DNA of 64,000 nucleotides from an uncultured Acidobacteriota bacterium (lineage in GTDB: Bacteria > Acidobacteriota > Thermoanaerobaculia > UBA5066 > DATFVB01). Shown in pieces: positions 20,441 to 29,884 of the stretch. The position numbers and the translations under genes are program-made. The notes under the pieces were generated by a model, which had not been told where the DNA came from, searched no databases, and worked only from the letters and a program-made list of their open reading frames with translations. The stretch is taken from positions 960,001 through 1,024,000 of the forward strand of contig CAWEYG010000003.1 in NCBI GenBank assembly GCA_963813155.1, written 5' to 3'. The stretch's first letter is position 1. Each line of letters begins with the position of its first letter.

Positions 20441-21552
20441 CGAGCGAGCTCGCGGTACAGGTCTTCGATCCGGCGGAGACGAACGTCCGAGGAGAAGCCG
20501 GCCTCGACGCGCTTCCGGGCGGCCTGGGCGAGCCGCCGGCTCCGTTCACGGTCCGTCGCGATCGCGACGATCGCCCGGGCAACCGCCTCGGGATCCCGGA
20601 CCGGAACGAGAAGGCCCGACTCCTGGTCCACGACGAGCTCGGGGTTGCCGCCCGCGGCGGTCGCGATCACCGGCTTCTCGAGCGCCATCGCTTCGCGAAT
20701 GGTCCCCGTGACACCGAGCCCTTCATAGGACAGGTCGATTGCCGCGTCGGCCGCCATCAGGACGTCCGGCATGTCATAGCGGAAACCGACCGGCAGAACC
20801 GCGTCGCCGACTCCCCGGCTCGCCGCATAGTCGGCGACTTCCTTTTTCTGTTCTTCGCTCTTGCATGCCACGATCGCCGTCCTCAACCGGGGCACCGACT
20901 TCCGGGCGATGGCTGTCGCTTCGACGAGGTGTTTCCACCCTTTCCATTCGCGGGCGCCGACCTGAACGAGCAGAAACTCTTCCGGGCCGATCCCCCACTC
21001 GGCGCGCACCTTTCCGCGGTCGAGGCGGGCGGGATCGAAAACCGCGGGATCGACCCCCGCGTAGATGACCCTCACCTGGCCGGCCCTCAGCCTGCCGGAC
21101 TGGACGATGACCCTCTTGATGTCCTCGCACACCGTGACAACCGCGCCGAGCCGCACATGGAACTTGATGCGATTGAAGGCATCGAGCGGGAACGACACTC
21201 CGCGGTTGACGACGATCGCGGGACGGCGCGGCCCGAGAAACGTCGCCTCGAGCGCAATCGAGTGCGCGATTCCCTTGTGGACGTGAACGACCTCCACCTC
21301 TCGTTCGCGATAGACCCGCGCCAGTCGGAGCGCCGAACCGACGTCGAACTCGTTGCGCATCGGAAGCGCCAGAAAGTCGACGCCCGCCGCCCGGCACCTG
21401 TCGCGGATCTGCCCGTCTCCGCGGGAAACCACCGCGACCCGGTGCCCGCGCCGGCTCAGGTTCTCGGCGAGCTGAAACATCTGCACGACCGAGCCCGTGT
21501 TGAAATGTCCCTTCTCGAGGACCTGAAGGACCGAGAGCGGCCGGAAGCTCAT
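20437..21552 (-). CDS. Glycosyltransferase family 4
   Basis: C-terminal half of ORF 20437..22590, from MSFRPLSVLQV; EAMALEKPVIATAAGGNPELV. Confidence 0.82.
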   Translation of the reverse strand: MSFRPLSVLQVLEKGHFNTGSVVQMFQLAENLSRRGHRVAVVSRGDGQIRDRCRAAGVDFLALPMRNEFDVGSALRLARVYREREVEVVHVHKGIAHSIALEATFLGPRRPAIVVNRGVSFPLDAFNRIKFHVRLGAVVTVCEDIKRVIVQSGRLRAGQVRVIYAGVDPAVFDPARLDRGKVRAEWGIGPEEFLLVQVGAREWKGWKHLVEATAIARKSVPRLRTAIVACKSEEQKKEVADYAASRGVGDAVLPVGFRYDMPDVLMAADAAIDLSYEGLGVTGTIREAMALEKPVIATAAGGNPELVVDQESGLLVPVRDPEAVARAIVAIATDRERSRRLAQAARKRVEAGFSSDVRLRRIEDLYRELAR

Positions 21553-21562
21553 CGGAGAGAAC

Positions 21563-22590
21563 TCAACGGTGACGACGATCTTTCCATGCTGCTTGCCGGA
21601 TTCCATGCGTTCGAACGCCTGGCGGACCGATTCGACCGGCAGGACCGAATCCACCCGCGGGCGCAGCCGGCCCGCGAACACGGCGGAAAGAAGCGACCGG
21701 AACTCGCGATCGTTCGCCATCGTCGAGCCCAGGATCGAGATCTGATTCCAGAAGATCAGCCGGATTTCTTCCTTCGGGTTCGGCCCGGAGGTCGCTCCGC
21801 AGGTCACGATGCGCCCTCCCCTGGCCACGCTCCTCAAAGATATCATCCAGGTGGAGTCGCCCACGGTGTCGACCACGACGTCGCATCCTCGCTTTTGCGT
21901 GGTCCCGGAGACCGCTTTGCGGACGTCTTCGTCCCGATAGTTCCATGCCTGTTCCGCGCCGGCCGCGCGGGCCGCCGCGAGCTTTTCCGGCTCGGACGAC
22001 GTCACGAAGACGCGGGCGCCCGCGAGCAGCGCGATTTCGAGCGCGGCCCAGGCGACGCCCCCGCCGATCCCGTGAATCAGGACGGTCTCGCCCGGGCGCA
22101 GGACCGCCCGGCCGATGAGCATCCTCCAGGCGGTCTGGTAGGCGAGGGGAAACGCGGCCGCCTGCTCGAACGACATCGAGTCGGGAATCCGAAAGACGTT
22201 GCGAGCGGGCAGCGCGACCCGTTCCGCGAAGGTCCCCGCGACGTGCTCGCCCAGGAGCCTGTATTTCACGCACAGGCTCTGCTCTCCGCCGCGGCAGAAT
22301 TCGCAGGCGTTGCAATAGAGCCCGGGCTGAATCAGGACCCGGTCGCCGACCTGCAGAGATTCGACGTCCGGGCCGAGCGACTCGACCACGCCGGCGCCGT
22401 CCGAGCCCGGAATGTGCGGCAGCGCGATCGGAACGTTCGGAAGACCGTCGCGAACGAAGATATCGAGATGATTCATCGCCGCGGCGCGGATCCGGACGAC
22501 CGCGTCCCCCGGGCCGGGCCGGGGATCGGGCCGTTCGCCGATTCGCAGCACTTCGTTGCCGCCGTGAGAGTCGAAGTAAACGGCTTTCAT
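21563..22590 (-). CDS. Zinc-binding alcohol dehydrogenase/quinone oxidoreductase (MDR family)
   Basis: PHIPGSDGAG, CNACEFC..C zinc site and GKIVV C-terminus. Its stop is probably lost by a 1-nt deletion. Confidence 0.85.
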
Positions 22591-22612
22591 GCTTTCCCTT
22601 TCCGTTCGGCCA

Positions 22613-24181
22613 TCAGTTCAAGTAGCCGAGGGACTTGAGCTTCCGCAGGTATTCCCGCCCCGAAGCCGATTCCTCCGCCGCGGGTTCGCGCGAGGTCCGG
22701 GTCCCGAAGGTGGGAACCCGGCGTTCCTCGAGCGCTCCGGCCGCGAAGAGACCGGAAAGCGGAGAGCCCTCGAGGTCGCGCGCCGGCGGAATCCCGAGGC
22801 GCGCGAGAATGGTCGGGGCGAGATCCTCGGCGCGAGCCGGCGTTCGCGACGAGCCGGTCGCCGCCGAATCGACGAACGCGGCGGCCCCCTCATCTCCCGC
22901 CCGGCCGGCATCCACGATGATCCAGAGACTCTCCTCGCCCGCCTTCGCCCTCTGCATCTCCTCCTGCACGAATCGGCGCGCGCCGTCGGAGAGACCTTCG
23001 CGATCGATGTCGGCCCCGGGCAGGTAGATCGCCGAAAGCAGCGGCCGGACCCGGAGCCGCGCCTCGCGCAGCCGGGCGACCGCATATTCGTCGACTTCCG
23101 CGCCCGAGCGCGCCCGTGCGGCGATCTCGGAGTTGTCGACGACTTCAGCGCCCGCAACTTTTTCGGAAGCCCACCAGTTCACCGCCGAGGTCGCGATTCC
23201 GCAGCGGTTAGCGACCTCCCAGAACGCGTAGGCGCGGCGTTCCGCGCCGGAGACCGGAAGGCGGCCGGCGACGCCCGCCCAGCGCAGCGGGCCCCGAAAG
23301 GCCCACCCGGTGAACAACGGCGGGCGAACGGCCGTCGTTCCGAGCAGCGACGCGCGTTCGAATGCCGCCACGCCGTGCCTCGAGGGAGAGACTCCGGTCG
23401 CAATCGTGCTCCAGATCTCAGGCGGAGGACCGGTCCGGCGCCGCCAGGAGACCGAAGGAGCGCCCGGAGCCAGGAGCGCGAGAGATTGAGGTGCGACGCC
23501 GTCGAGACCAACGACGAGGAGCGGAATTCGCCGTTGAGACACCGTCACGTTCGGAAACCGCGCCTCCCCGCTCCCTCTCCACGCGGACATCGAGGAAGCC
23601 GCGAGCACCAGGATCAGCGCGATGACCGAGCCGCGGCGGAACGCCGGCCGGTCCGGAAGAGAAACGTGGCGCCGCAGCGTCAACGACAGCGACGTCGCGC
23701 GAGCCGCCCGCGCGAAATAGAACGCGGTGATACAAACCGGAATGAGGGCGAGGACGGGATGACCCCGGCCCCCCGCGGGAAGTCGGCGCACGCCGACGGC
23801 ATAGAACGCGAAGACGAGCGCCGCCGCCGCCGCCCCCGCGAGCGCCGCCGTGCGATTCGGACGTTCCGGAGCGCGGACCGCTCGGGAAAGGAGATAGAGC
23901 GCCGCGCCCGCGGCGGCGGCGGGAAGAAGCTCGACCGCAAAGAGAACCGCGAAGAGCAGAAATACTCCGGCGGCCGGCGCGGCGGCGCCCCGCGACGCGA
24001 CGGCGGCAGCCGAAGCCGTCGCCAGGGCCACGGCGCCGGAAACGACGGTCGGAGCGATCGCGCCCGACGCGCGTGGCGCGGTGAAGATCGCCCGTTCGAG
24101 GCCCGCGTCGAGGTAGCCCTGCGAACGAAGCCTTTCGCGAACCTTCTCGAGCGTCGGGGAAGGAGCGTTTTCGGCGCTCAT
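22613..24181 (-). CDS. Multi-pass membrane protein with reduced alkaline-phosphatase-superfamily domain
   Basis: Several TM helices, then VVGLDG, WSTIATG..HG, DLAPTILARLG and C-terminal LKSLGYLN. Confidence 0.72.
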   Translation of the reverse strand: MSAENAPSPTLEKVRERLRSQGYLDAGLERAIFTAPRASGAIAPTVVSGAVALATASAAAVASRGAAAPAAGVFLLFAVLFAVELLPAAAAGAALYLLSRAVRAPERPNRTAALAGAAAAALVFAFYAVGVRRLPAGGRGHPVLALIPVCITAFYFARAARATSLSLTLRRHVSLPDRPAFRRGSVIALILVLAASSMSAWRGSGEARFPNVTVSQRRIPLLVVGLDGVAPQSLALLAPGAPSVSWRRRTGPPPEIWSTIATGVSPSRHGVAAFERASLLGTTAVRPPLFTGWAFRGPLRWAGVAGRLPVSGAERRAYAFWEVANRCGIATSAVNWWASEKVAGAEVVDNSEIAARARSGAEVDEYAVARLREARLRVRPLLSAIYLPGADIDREGLSDGARRFVQEEMQRAKAGEESLWIIVDAGRAGDEGAAAFVDSAATGSSRTPARAEDLAPTILARLGIPPARDLEGSPLSGLFAAGALEERRVPTFGTRTSREPAAEESASGREYLRKLKSLGYLN

Positions 24182-25069
24182 GATCGGCGGTCCCGCAGCG
24201 CGTACGCGAGGTCGGCGAGCGGACCGGCGCGGCGCCCGAGAGGCGAGACGGCGGCCGCCGACGCTTCCGTGAGCTCTCCCGGCGATCGTTCGGGCGATGT
24301 CGGGGCCGAGGATTTTCGCGAAATTCGCCCGATGCCCCTCTCCGCGCGCTTTCTTTCCCGTCCGGGCCTGGTCTCCCTCGACCTCGAGGAGGTCGTCGAC
24401 GATCTGAAACGCAAGGCCGAGGTTCTTCGCGTATCGGGTCATCGCCTCGATCTCTTCCTCCGACGCGCGCGCCGCGATCGCTCCTCCGCGCGCCGCCGCC
24501 ACGAAGAGCTCGCCCGTCTTGAGAGCATGGATTCGCTCGAGCTCGTCGAGCCCGGCGCGCAGAGGGTCCGACGAGAGGTCCGCGTCCTGCCCGCGGCAGC
24601 AGCCCTTTTCGCCCGAAGCCCGCGCGAGCTCGGCGACGAGGCGCGACCGAATTCGCGGAGGCAAGCCGGGGGCCGCGGCGAGAATCTCGAACGCTCGATT
24701 GATCAGCGAAATTGCCGCGAGGATCGCCGTCGACTCGCCGAACTGCCGGTGGAGCGCCGGGGCCCCGCGCCGCACGGAGCCGTCGTCCATGGACGGAAGG
24801 TCGTCGAAGACGAGCGACGCCGCATGGACCGCCTCGATCGCGACCCCCAGATCGAGCAGGGGCTCTTCGGGCCCGCGAAAGAGAAGGCCGGACGCGACGG
24901 CGACGAGCGCTCGAATCCTCTTGCCGGAGGAGAGGAGAGCCCCTCGCATCGCCTGAGAAAGCCGCGAGTCGTCCCCCGGGAGCGACGCGGCCAATCTTTG
25001 GTCGAGAGCAGGACGAAACCGGTTCGAGAATCTCTCGAAGGAATGGGCCGGCTTCCGGACTGGGGTCAA
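24178..25069 (-). CDS. Polyprenyl synthetase (IspA/CrtE type; frameshift near 24280)
   Basis: GKRIR, SLVFDDLPSMDD..RRG, GQDAD, KTGELF and AFQIVDDLL. Confidence 0.88.
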
Positions 25070-25407
25070 GCTCCGAAGCTGGCGACGGCTTCCGATTCGA
25101 CTTCGTACACGTCGAAAACGGTGATCAACTGGGTCACGGTGAGGACGTCCTGGATCTTCGGCGGCAGGTGGAGAAGACGCAACTTTCCGCCCTTGTTCGT
25201 CACCGTGGTGTAGCAGCCGACCAGTTCGCCGATTCCGGAAGAGTCGATAGCGGTCACTTCCTTCATTTCGACGAGAATGTTGGTCTTTCCCGATTCGAGG
25301 AGCTTCGTGATCGTGTCCCGGAGTTGAATATCGCCCGAACCGATCGTGATCTTGCCCTTCAACTCGATGATCGCCACGTTTCCCGAATCCCTCAAGTTCG
25401 CCTTCAT
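25066..25407 (-). CDS. STAS-domain anti-sigma factor antagonist (RsbV/SpoIIAA type)
   Basis: IDSSGIGELV phospho-Ser motif; 113 aa. Confidence 0.92.
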   Translation of the reverse strand: MKANLRDSGNVAIIELKGKITIGSGDIQLRDTITKLLESGKTNILVEMKEVTAIDSSGIGELVGCYTTVTNKGGKLRLLHLPPKIQDVLTVTQLITVFDVYEVESEAVASFGA

Positions 25408-25421
25408 TCCTGGGCCTCCTC

Positions 25422-25859
25422 TTAATCCTGTCCGGCGGCAACCAATTTCTTTTCGAGCACGACCTGGGTGCCGCCGAGCGAGAAATCGTATCGTACATCG
25501 TCCATGAACGTCTTCATGTAGAAAATGCCCCGTCCCGAAGTCTTCAGGCGATTCTCCGGCGCGAGCGGATCAGCCACATCGTCCGGCCGGAAGCCCTGGC
25601 CTTCGTCCCCGATCCGCATCCGAAAAACGTCGCCATCGACCTCCATCGTGATCGAGACCCTTTTCTCGGCATCTCCCGCGTTTCCGTGCTTGATCGCGTT
25701 CGCCATGCCTTCCCGCAACGCCATCGAGATCGCGTGCGTCGTGTCGGCGGAAAGCTTCCACGGCTTCAGGATGTGGTCGCAGATGTACTGCGCGAGCTCG
25801 ATGTTGTCGAACGAGCTCGCGATCGAGAGGGTCACGGGAGGAACTTGCTGCGTTTTCAT
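25422..25859 (-). CDS. Anti-sigma factor Ser kinase (RsbW/SpoIIAB type)
   Basis: EGMANAIKHGN, DEGQGF and SGRGIFYMKTFMD. Confidence 0.9.
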   Translation of the reverse strand: MKTQQVPPVTLSIASSFDNIELAQYICDHILKPWKLSADTTHAISMALREGMANAIKHGNAGDAEKRVSITMEVDGDVFRMRIGDEGQGFRPDDVADPLAPENRLKTSGRGIFYMKTFMDDVRYDFSLGGTQVVLEKKLVAAGQD

Positions 25860-25907
25860 TTCCTTGATTTCGCACGAAAGATACTCGATATGCGAGAATG
25901 CGGCAAG

Positions 25908-27068
25908 ATGGCAGGTGGCGGGTTTCGCCGGGTCCGGTGGACCGGGCTCGTGGTGCTCCTGGCCGCCTGGGCGGCCGCGGCGGAGGAATCCCCGAAGCTG
26001 GAATTGGCCCAAAAAACGGTCGAAAAGGTCCGCGGGCGCCAGTTCAAGCGTCCCGTTCCGGCCGAAGAAATCGACGCGGCGAGGCTCCGATCCGATCTCG
26101 CAAAAAAGTTCGACGAGGGCCTCGCGACGGACAGCGAAGCCTACTTCCGCTCCCTCGCCGCGCTGGGGGCGATCTCCGACGGGGACCTCGTCAACCTCCG
26201 GGACCGCCTCCTCGATTTCTACGGGTCCCAGGTCCTCGCCTTCTACGACCCCTCGGTCGGGAAATTCTTCATCTCCCGGTCGGGCCGGGAGAGGCTCTCG
26301 GGCTTCGGAGACTCCGAAGAGACCCTTCTCCTCACGCACGAGCTGACACACGCTCTTCAGGACCAGACGCTCTCCCTCGACCGGCGGATGCGAGCTCTGC
26401 GAGACGACGGCGACGCGGCGCTCGCTCTCCAGAGCCTGCTCGAGGGAGAGGCGACGGAGGTCATGATCGAGGGCGCCGTCGGCGAAATCCCGGATGCGGA
26501 AGAGGGAATCGAGGCGGCGCTCGCGCCCCTCCTGACCGCGGGACTGGCCGACCTCGATCCGGAAGCGAAGAACGTCCCCGAGTTCTTCACCCAGCAGCTC
26601 TTTTTCCCGTACAGCGACGGCACGGCCTACGTCCGCGCGTTCAAGAAACGCGGCGGGTGGAAAGCGATCGACCGGCTCTGGATCGAACCGCCGGGTTCGA
26701 CGGCGGAGATTCTCCATCCGGGATCGAAGATCGCCGCCGCCGCGAATCTCCTGCCCGAGCGTCTCGCCGCCCCTCCCGGCGCCACGCTCGCGTACCGGGA
26801 CACTCTCGGCGAGTGGACCCTCCGTTTTCTCCTGCGCCGCGCCGGGGCCCCCGACCCGGACAAGCTGGCCGCCGCGTGGCGGGGAGATCGGTTCGCGTTC
26901 TTCCGGAAGGGAGACCGGGTCGTCTACGCCGGGAGGATTCGGACGACGGACGCTTCCTCGGCGGCAACGATCCTCGCCGCCTGGGTGAAGGTTTCTCCCG
27001 GCTCGCGAGGCGTCGTTCGCGGCAGCGACCTCGTCGTCTTCACGGGCTACGAACAACCGCCGATCTGA
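25908..27068 (+). CDS. Secreted putative zinc metallopeptidase-like protein
   Basis: Signal peptide; AFYDP, HELTHALQDQ (HExxH), EGEA, FPYSDG and PPGSTAEILHP. Confidence 0.72.
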   Translation: MAGGGFRRVRWTGLVVLLAAWAAAAEESPKLELAQKTVEKVRGRQFKRPVPAEEIDAARLRSDLAKKFDEGLATDSEAYFRSLAALGAISDGDLVNLRDRLLDFYGSQVLAFYDPSVGKFFISRSGRERLSGFGDSEETLLLTHELTHALQDQTLSLDRRMRALRDDGDAALALQSLLEGEATEVMIEGAVGEIPDAEEGIEAALAPLLTAGLADLDPEAKNVPEFFTQQLFFPYSDGTAYVRAFKKRGGWKAIDRLWIEPPGSTAEILHPGSKIAAAANLLPERLAAPPGATLAYRDTLGEWTLRFLLRRAGAPDPDKLAAAWRGDRFAFFRKGDRVVYAGRIRTTDASSAATILAAWVKVSPGSRGVVRGSDLVVFTGYEQPPI

Positions 27069-27080
27069 CCCGAGGGCTCG

Positions 27081-27156
27081 CCCCCCTCACCCGGCGCGCT
27101 CGTGGCGCGCCACCCTCGCGCTGACACTGCCTCAAAGGCTGCCCGCGGGGAGAGGG
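27081..27156. repeat. REP-like palindromic element (CCCTCACCC...GGAGAGGG family)
   Basis: Lies between convergent genes; related copy at 44391..44451. Confidence 0.6.
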
Positions 27157-27174
27157 AAATCGGACGGAGAGCTC

Positions 27175-27955
27175 TTAGAGTCCGAGCGCGAACGGTATCA
27201 GGACGAAGATCTCGAACGCGTCGAAGGCTCCGTGCGCGACGACGGCCGGCAGGACGTTTCGATACAACTCGAACGTCAGCGCGAGCACCGAAGCGAGGAT
27301 GAAGATGCCCACGAGCAGAAGCGGCTGCCCGTACACGCCGTGCGCGAGCGTGAAGAAGATCGTGGCGCCGACCGCGCCGATCCGCGGTTGCAGGAACGAC
27401 CGAAAGAACGCCTCTTCGAAAACCATCGCCGAGACGACGATCGCGATCTTGAAGGCGACGGGCAGCGCCAGGATCCACGGGATCACGGGCGAGATCTCCG
27501 GCTTCGCCGCCGCTCCCCCGTGCGTGCCGATCGCAAGCTGGAGCACGAGCATTCCCGCGATCGAAACTCCCCAGGCGAAAGCGGCGATGGGAAATCCGAT
27601 CAGCAGGAGCCGCACCGGCCGGTCGGTTCGAATCGCGAGAAAATCGACCAGCGGCCCTGCGGCCCGACAGAAAGTAGTAGACGACCAGGAAAACGAGGAA
27701 GACGGCGTGGAGCGCGAAAGCCGAAGCGAGCGACAACTCCTTCGGCGTCGCCGGACGCCCGGACAAACCCACGGAGAACGGAGCGACCACGCAAACCAGC
27801 AGAACCAGCACCAGGAGGAAGATCGCGGCGTGCCTTCGAGCGGGGGTCGGGAACGCGTCGCGGTCGAATCCGCCCCGCCGGAGCCCCCGGGTGAGAAAGA
27901 CCGTCACGGAGAGCACTCCGATCAGGAACAGGATCCCGAAAACGGCGAGATTCAC
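27175..27955 (-). CDS. CPBP (Abi/CAAX) intramembrane metalloprotease (frameshift near 27640)
   Basis: FEEAFFRSFLQ, FTLAH and VVAHGAFD motifs. Confidence 0.85.
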
Positions 27956-28110
27956 GCGCGCAGCAGTTGGGAGGCTCGCGCCGAGAGATCGGTCGCGATC
28001 AAGATGTCCGCCGATTCGCTTTTTGCCACTTCGACGCGCAGATTACCACGACTGGATCGAGGTCCCCGCCGGGACCGAATCGCGCTCCGTTTGTTAGAAT
28101 CGTCGCATTC

Positions 28111-28185
28111 GGGCGGTTAGCTCAGCGGTAGAGCGCCTGCTTTACACGCAGGATGTCGCAGGTTCGAATCCTGCACCGCCTACCA
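28111..28185 (+). tRNA. tRNA-Val(TAC)
   Basis: GGGCGGTTAGCTCAG..TTTACAC..GGTTCGAATCC..CCA. Confidence 0.97.
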
Positions 28186-28220
28186 ATCTATCGTACTGGC
28201 GTCGGCCGCCGGGAAACGCT

Positions 28221-29546
28221 TCATCTCTGGCCGTGCGGCGGAGGCGGCTCCTTGTCCTTCTTGGGAGGCGGTTGCTTTCCCTTGCCGGGAGGAGGCCCTC
28301 CATGCGAGCCGCCCGCGGAGGAATGCCCGGCGTCGGCGCCGGAATGCGCCGCGTTCCCAGACGCGGCGCCGTGCTGCACCGGAGCGTCGCGAACGACCTC
28401 CCGCGGGGGAGGAGCCTGCGCCGCCTCGTGGTGCGGAGGCGGGGGCGGGGGCTCGTGATGCTGCAGCGCCTTGTGTTCCTGAGGCGCGGCCTTGTGTTCC
28501 TGCTGCACCGTCTCATGCTGCTGCACGGCCTTGTGCTCCGGCGGCGTCTTGTGTTCCTGCTGCACCGTCTCGTGCTGCTGCACGGCTTTGTGTTCCTGAG
28601 GTGCGGCTTTGTATTCCTGCGCGGTCTCATGTTGCCGAGGCGCCGTCTTGTGCTCCAGCGGCGCCGTCGCGTGTTGCTCGTGGACGGTCCGTTTCTCGGT
28701 CCCGGCGGGGTGCTGTTCGATCTTCGCTCCGCCCCCTGCCCGCGCTCCGCCGGCCGCGGCTCCCCCGTTCTTCGACACCGCGTGAAACTGCCGCGATCGA
28801 TCCGTCGCGGGGGCGATCACTCCGAGCCTGCTCCCCTTCTGCGCGCCCCCGGCCAAAATCGACGTCGGGCTGACTCGCGCCACGGACACGTTCTGATGCG
28901 GGATACGGGTGTGGGCCACCTGTTCGATCCGCTGGACCGACGGTCCGCGGTTCACGAGGAAACCGCCGGACACGCCGAAATTCGTCGTCCTTTGCCGGCT
29001 CTGCTGAAAGACTTCGGCGTTTCTCGTCCGGGGAATTCGGGCCGACGAAATCTCCACGCCGACGAACCGATTCGTCGGGACGAAGACGTAGTTCGTCTGC
29101 GAAACGACGATCGCGGACCCGGAGTACCCGGAATACGACATGTTGATCGAGGGAGGAATCGGCGCCCAGCCCACATAGCTGTCGCCGTAGCACCAGGTCA
29201 CCCAGGCGGGCGCCCAGACGGTCCCGGGAATCCAGACCCATCCGTAGCCAGACTCCCACACCCACGTTCCGTAGTGGTAGGGCATGCCTCCCCACCGATC
29301 GTGAGACACCCAGGTCCAGCCGTAGTCCGTGTAAGCCCATTCGCCGACGGTGTACGGCTGCCAGTCCGAAGAAACTTCGGATGGCCTCCAGCAGGTGCCG
29401 TAGGAAGGCACGTCGACCCAGGATCCGTACGGATCCAGATCGTTCTGGAACATGGAAATGCTCACCGAGACGCCCGCGTCGGCGCGAGCCGACAACAGCG
29501 CAACGACAGCCACCACGAGAATGGATCGAGTCAAAATGCTCTTCAT
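28221..29546 (-). CDS. Secreted DUF6600-like protein with His/Gln/Pro-rich repeat tail
   Basis: Signal peptide; LDPYGSW, WQPYTVGEW, YHYGTW and WIPGTVWAPAWVTW; tail of QEHK/QQHET repeats. Confidence 0.8.
   Translation of the reverse strand: MKSILTRSILVVAVVALLSARADAGVSVSISMFQNDLDPYGSWVDVPSYGTCWRPSEVSSDWQPYTVGEWAYTDYGWTWVSHDRWGGMPYHYGTWVWESGYGWVWIPGTVWAPAWVTWCYGDSYVGWAPIPPSINMSYSGYSGSAIVVSQTNYVFVPTNRFVGVEISSARIPRTRNAEVFQQSRQRTTNFGVSGGFLVNRGPSVQRIEQVAHTRIPHQNVSVARVSPTSILAGGAQKGSRLGVIAPATDRSRQFHAVSKNGGAAAGGARAGGGAKIEQHPAGTEKRTVHEQHATAPLEHKTAPRQHETAQEYKAAPQEHKAVQQHETVQQEHKTPPEHKAVQQHETVQQEHKAAPQEHKALQHHEPPPPPPHHEAAQAPPPREVVRDAPVQHGAASGNAAHSGADAGHSSAGGSHGGPPPGKGKQPPPKKDKEPPPPHGQR
28465..28660. repeat. 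Intragenic tandem repeats (near-perfect 60-bp unit plus shorter variants)
   Basis: cttgtgttcctgctgcaccgtctcRtgctgctgcacggc occurs twice, 60 bp apart, flanked by degenerate units. Confidence 0.8.
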
Positions 29547-29570
29547 GACAGTCCCTCGAGAAGGCTGGTC

Positions 29571-29586
29571 AGCAACAAGTGTGCCA
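29571..29586 (-). promoter_or_regulatory. Sigma54 -24/-12 promoter of the DUF6600-like gene
   Basis: TGGCAC-ACTTG-TTGCT with canonical spacing, 24 nt upstream of the ATG. Confidence 0.75.
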
Positions 29587-29613
29587 TGAGAGACGCCGCA
29601 GAACGAGAATCGC

Positions 29614-29642
29614 TTGACCTGCGTCCCCCGGTCGCATATCGT
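29614..29642 (+). promoter_or_regulatory. Sigma70-like promoter of tRNA-Asp
   Basis: TTGACC-N17-TATCGT. Confidence 0.55.
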
Positions 29643-29655
29643 TCCCTTTCTTCGC

Positions 29656-29733
29656 GGGGCTGTAGTTCAGTTTGGTTAGAACGCCGGCCTGTCACGCCGG
29701 AGGTCGCGGGTTCGAACCCCGTCGGCCCCGCCA
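29656..29733 (+). tRNA. tRNA-Asp(GTC)
   Basis: GGGGCTGTAGTTCAG..CTGTCAC..GGTTCGAACCC..CCA. Confidence 0.97.
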
Positions 29734-29884
29734 GTTCGACTCGCTACGCTTCGTGAATCGGCGCTTCGCGCCGACGAACTGGCGCATCTAATCTGGGGGA
29801 AGAATCCGCCAGACCCCCTCCCGATGTTGCGAGTTCTTTTCGGCGAGCGAGGAACTGCCGGGCGCCGCCACGGGCCGAGCGAAC

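Noticed and set aside
20437-22590. Apparent alcohol dehydrogenase-GT4 fusion (717 aa)
   Set aside because: The junction reads GTT GAG right after the usual GKIVV end. One lost T (GTT TGA) explains it, and the GT4 half has its own ATG.
28465-28660. Possible CRISPR array
   Set aside because: The repeats are in-frame coding units without unique spacers, and no cas genes are present. The same applies to 43025..43209 and the 27-bp repeats near 6410-6470.
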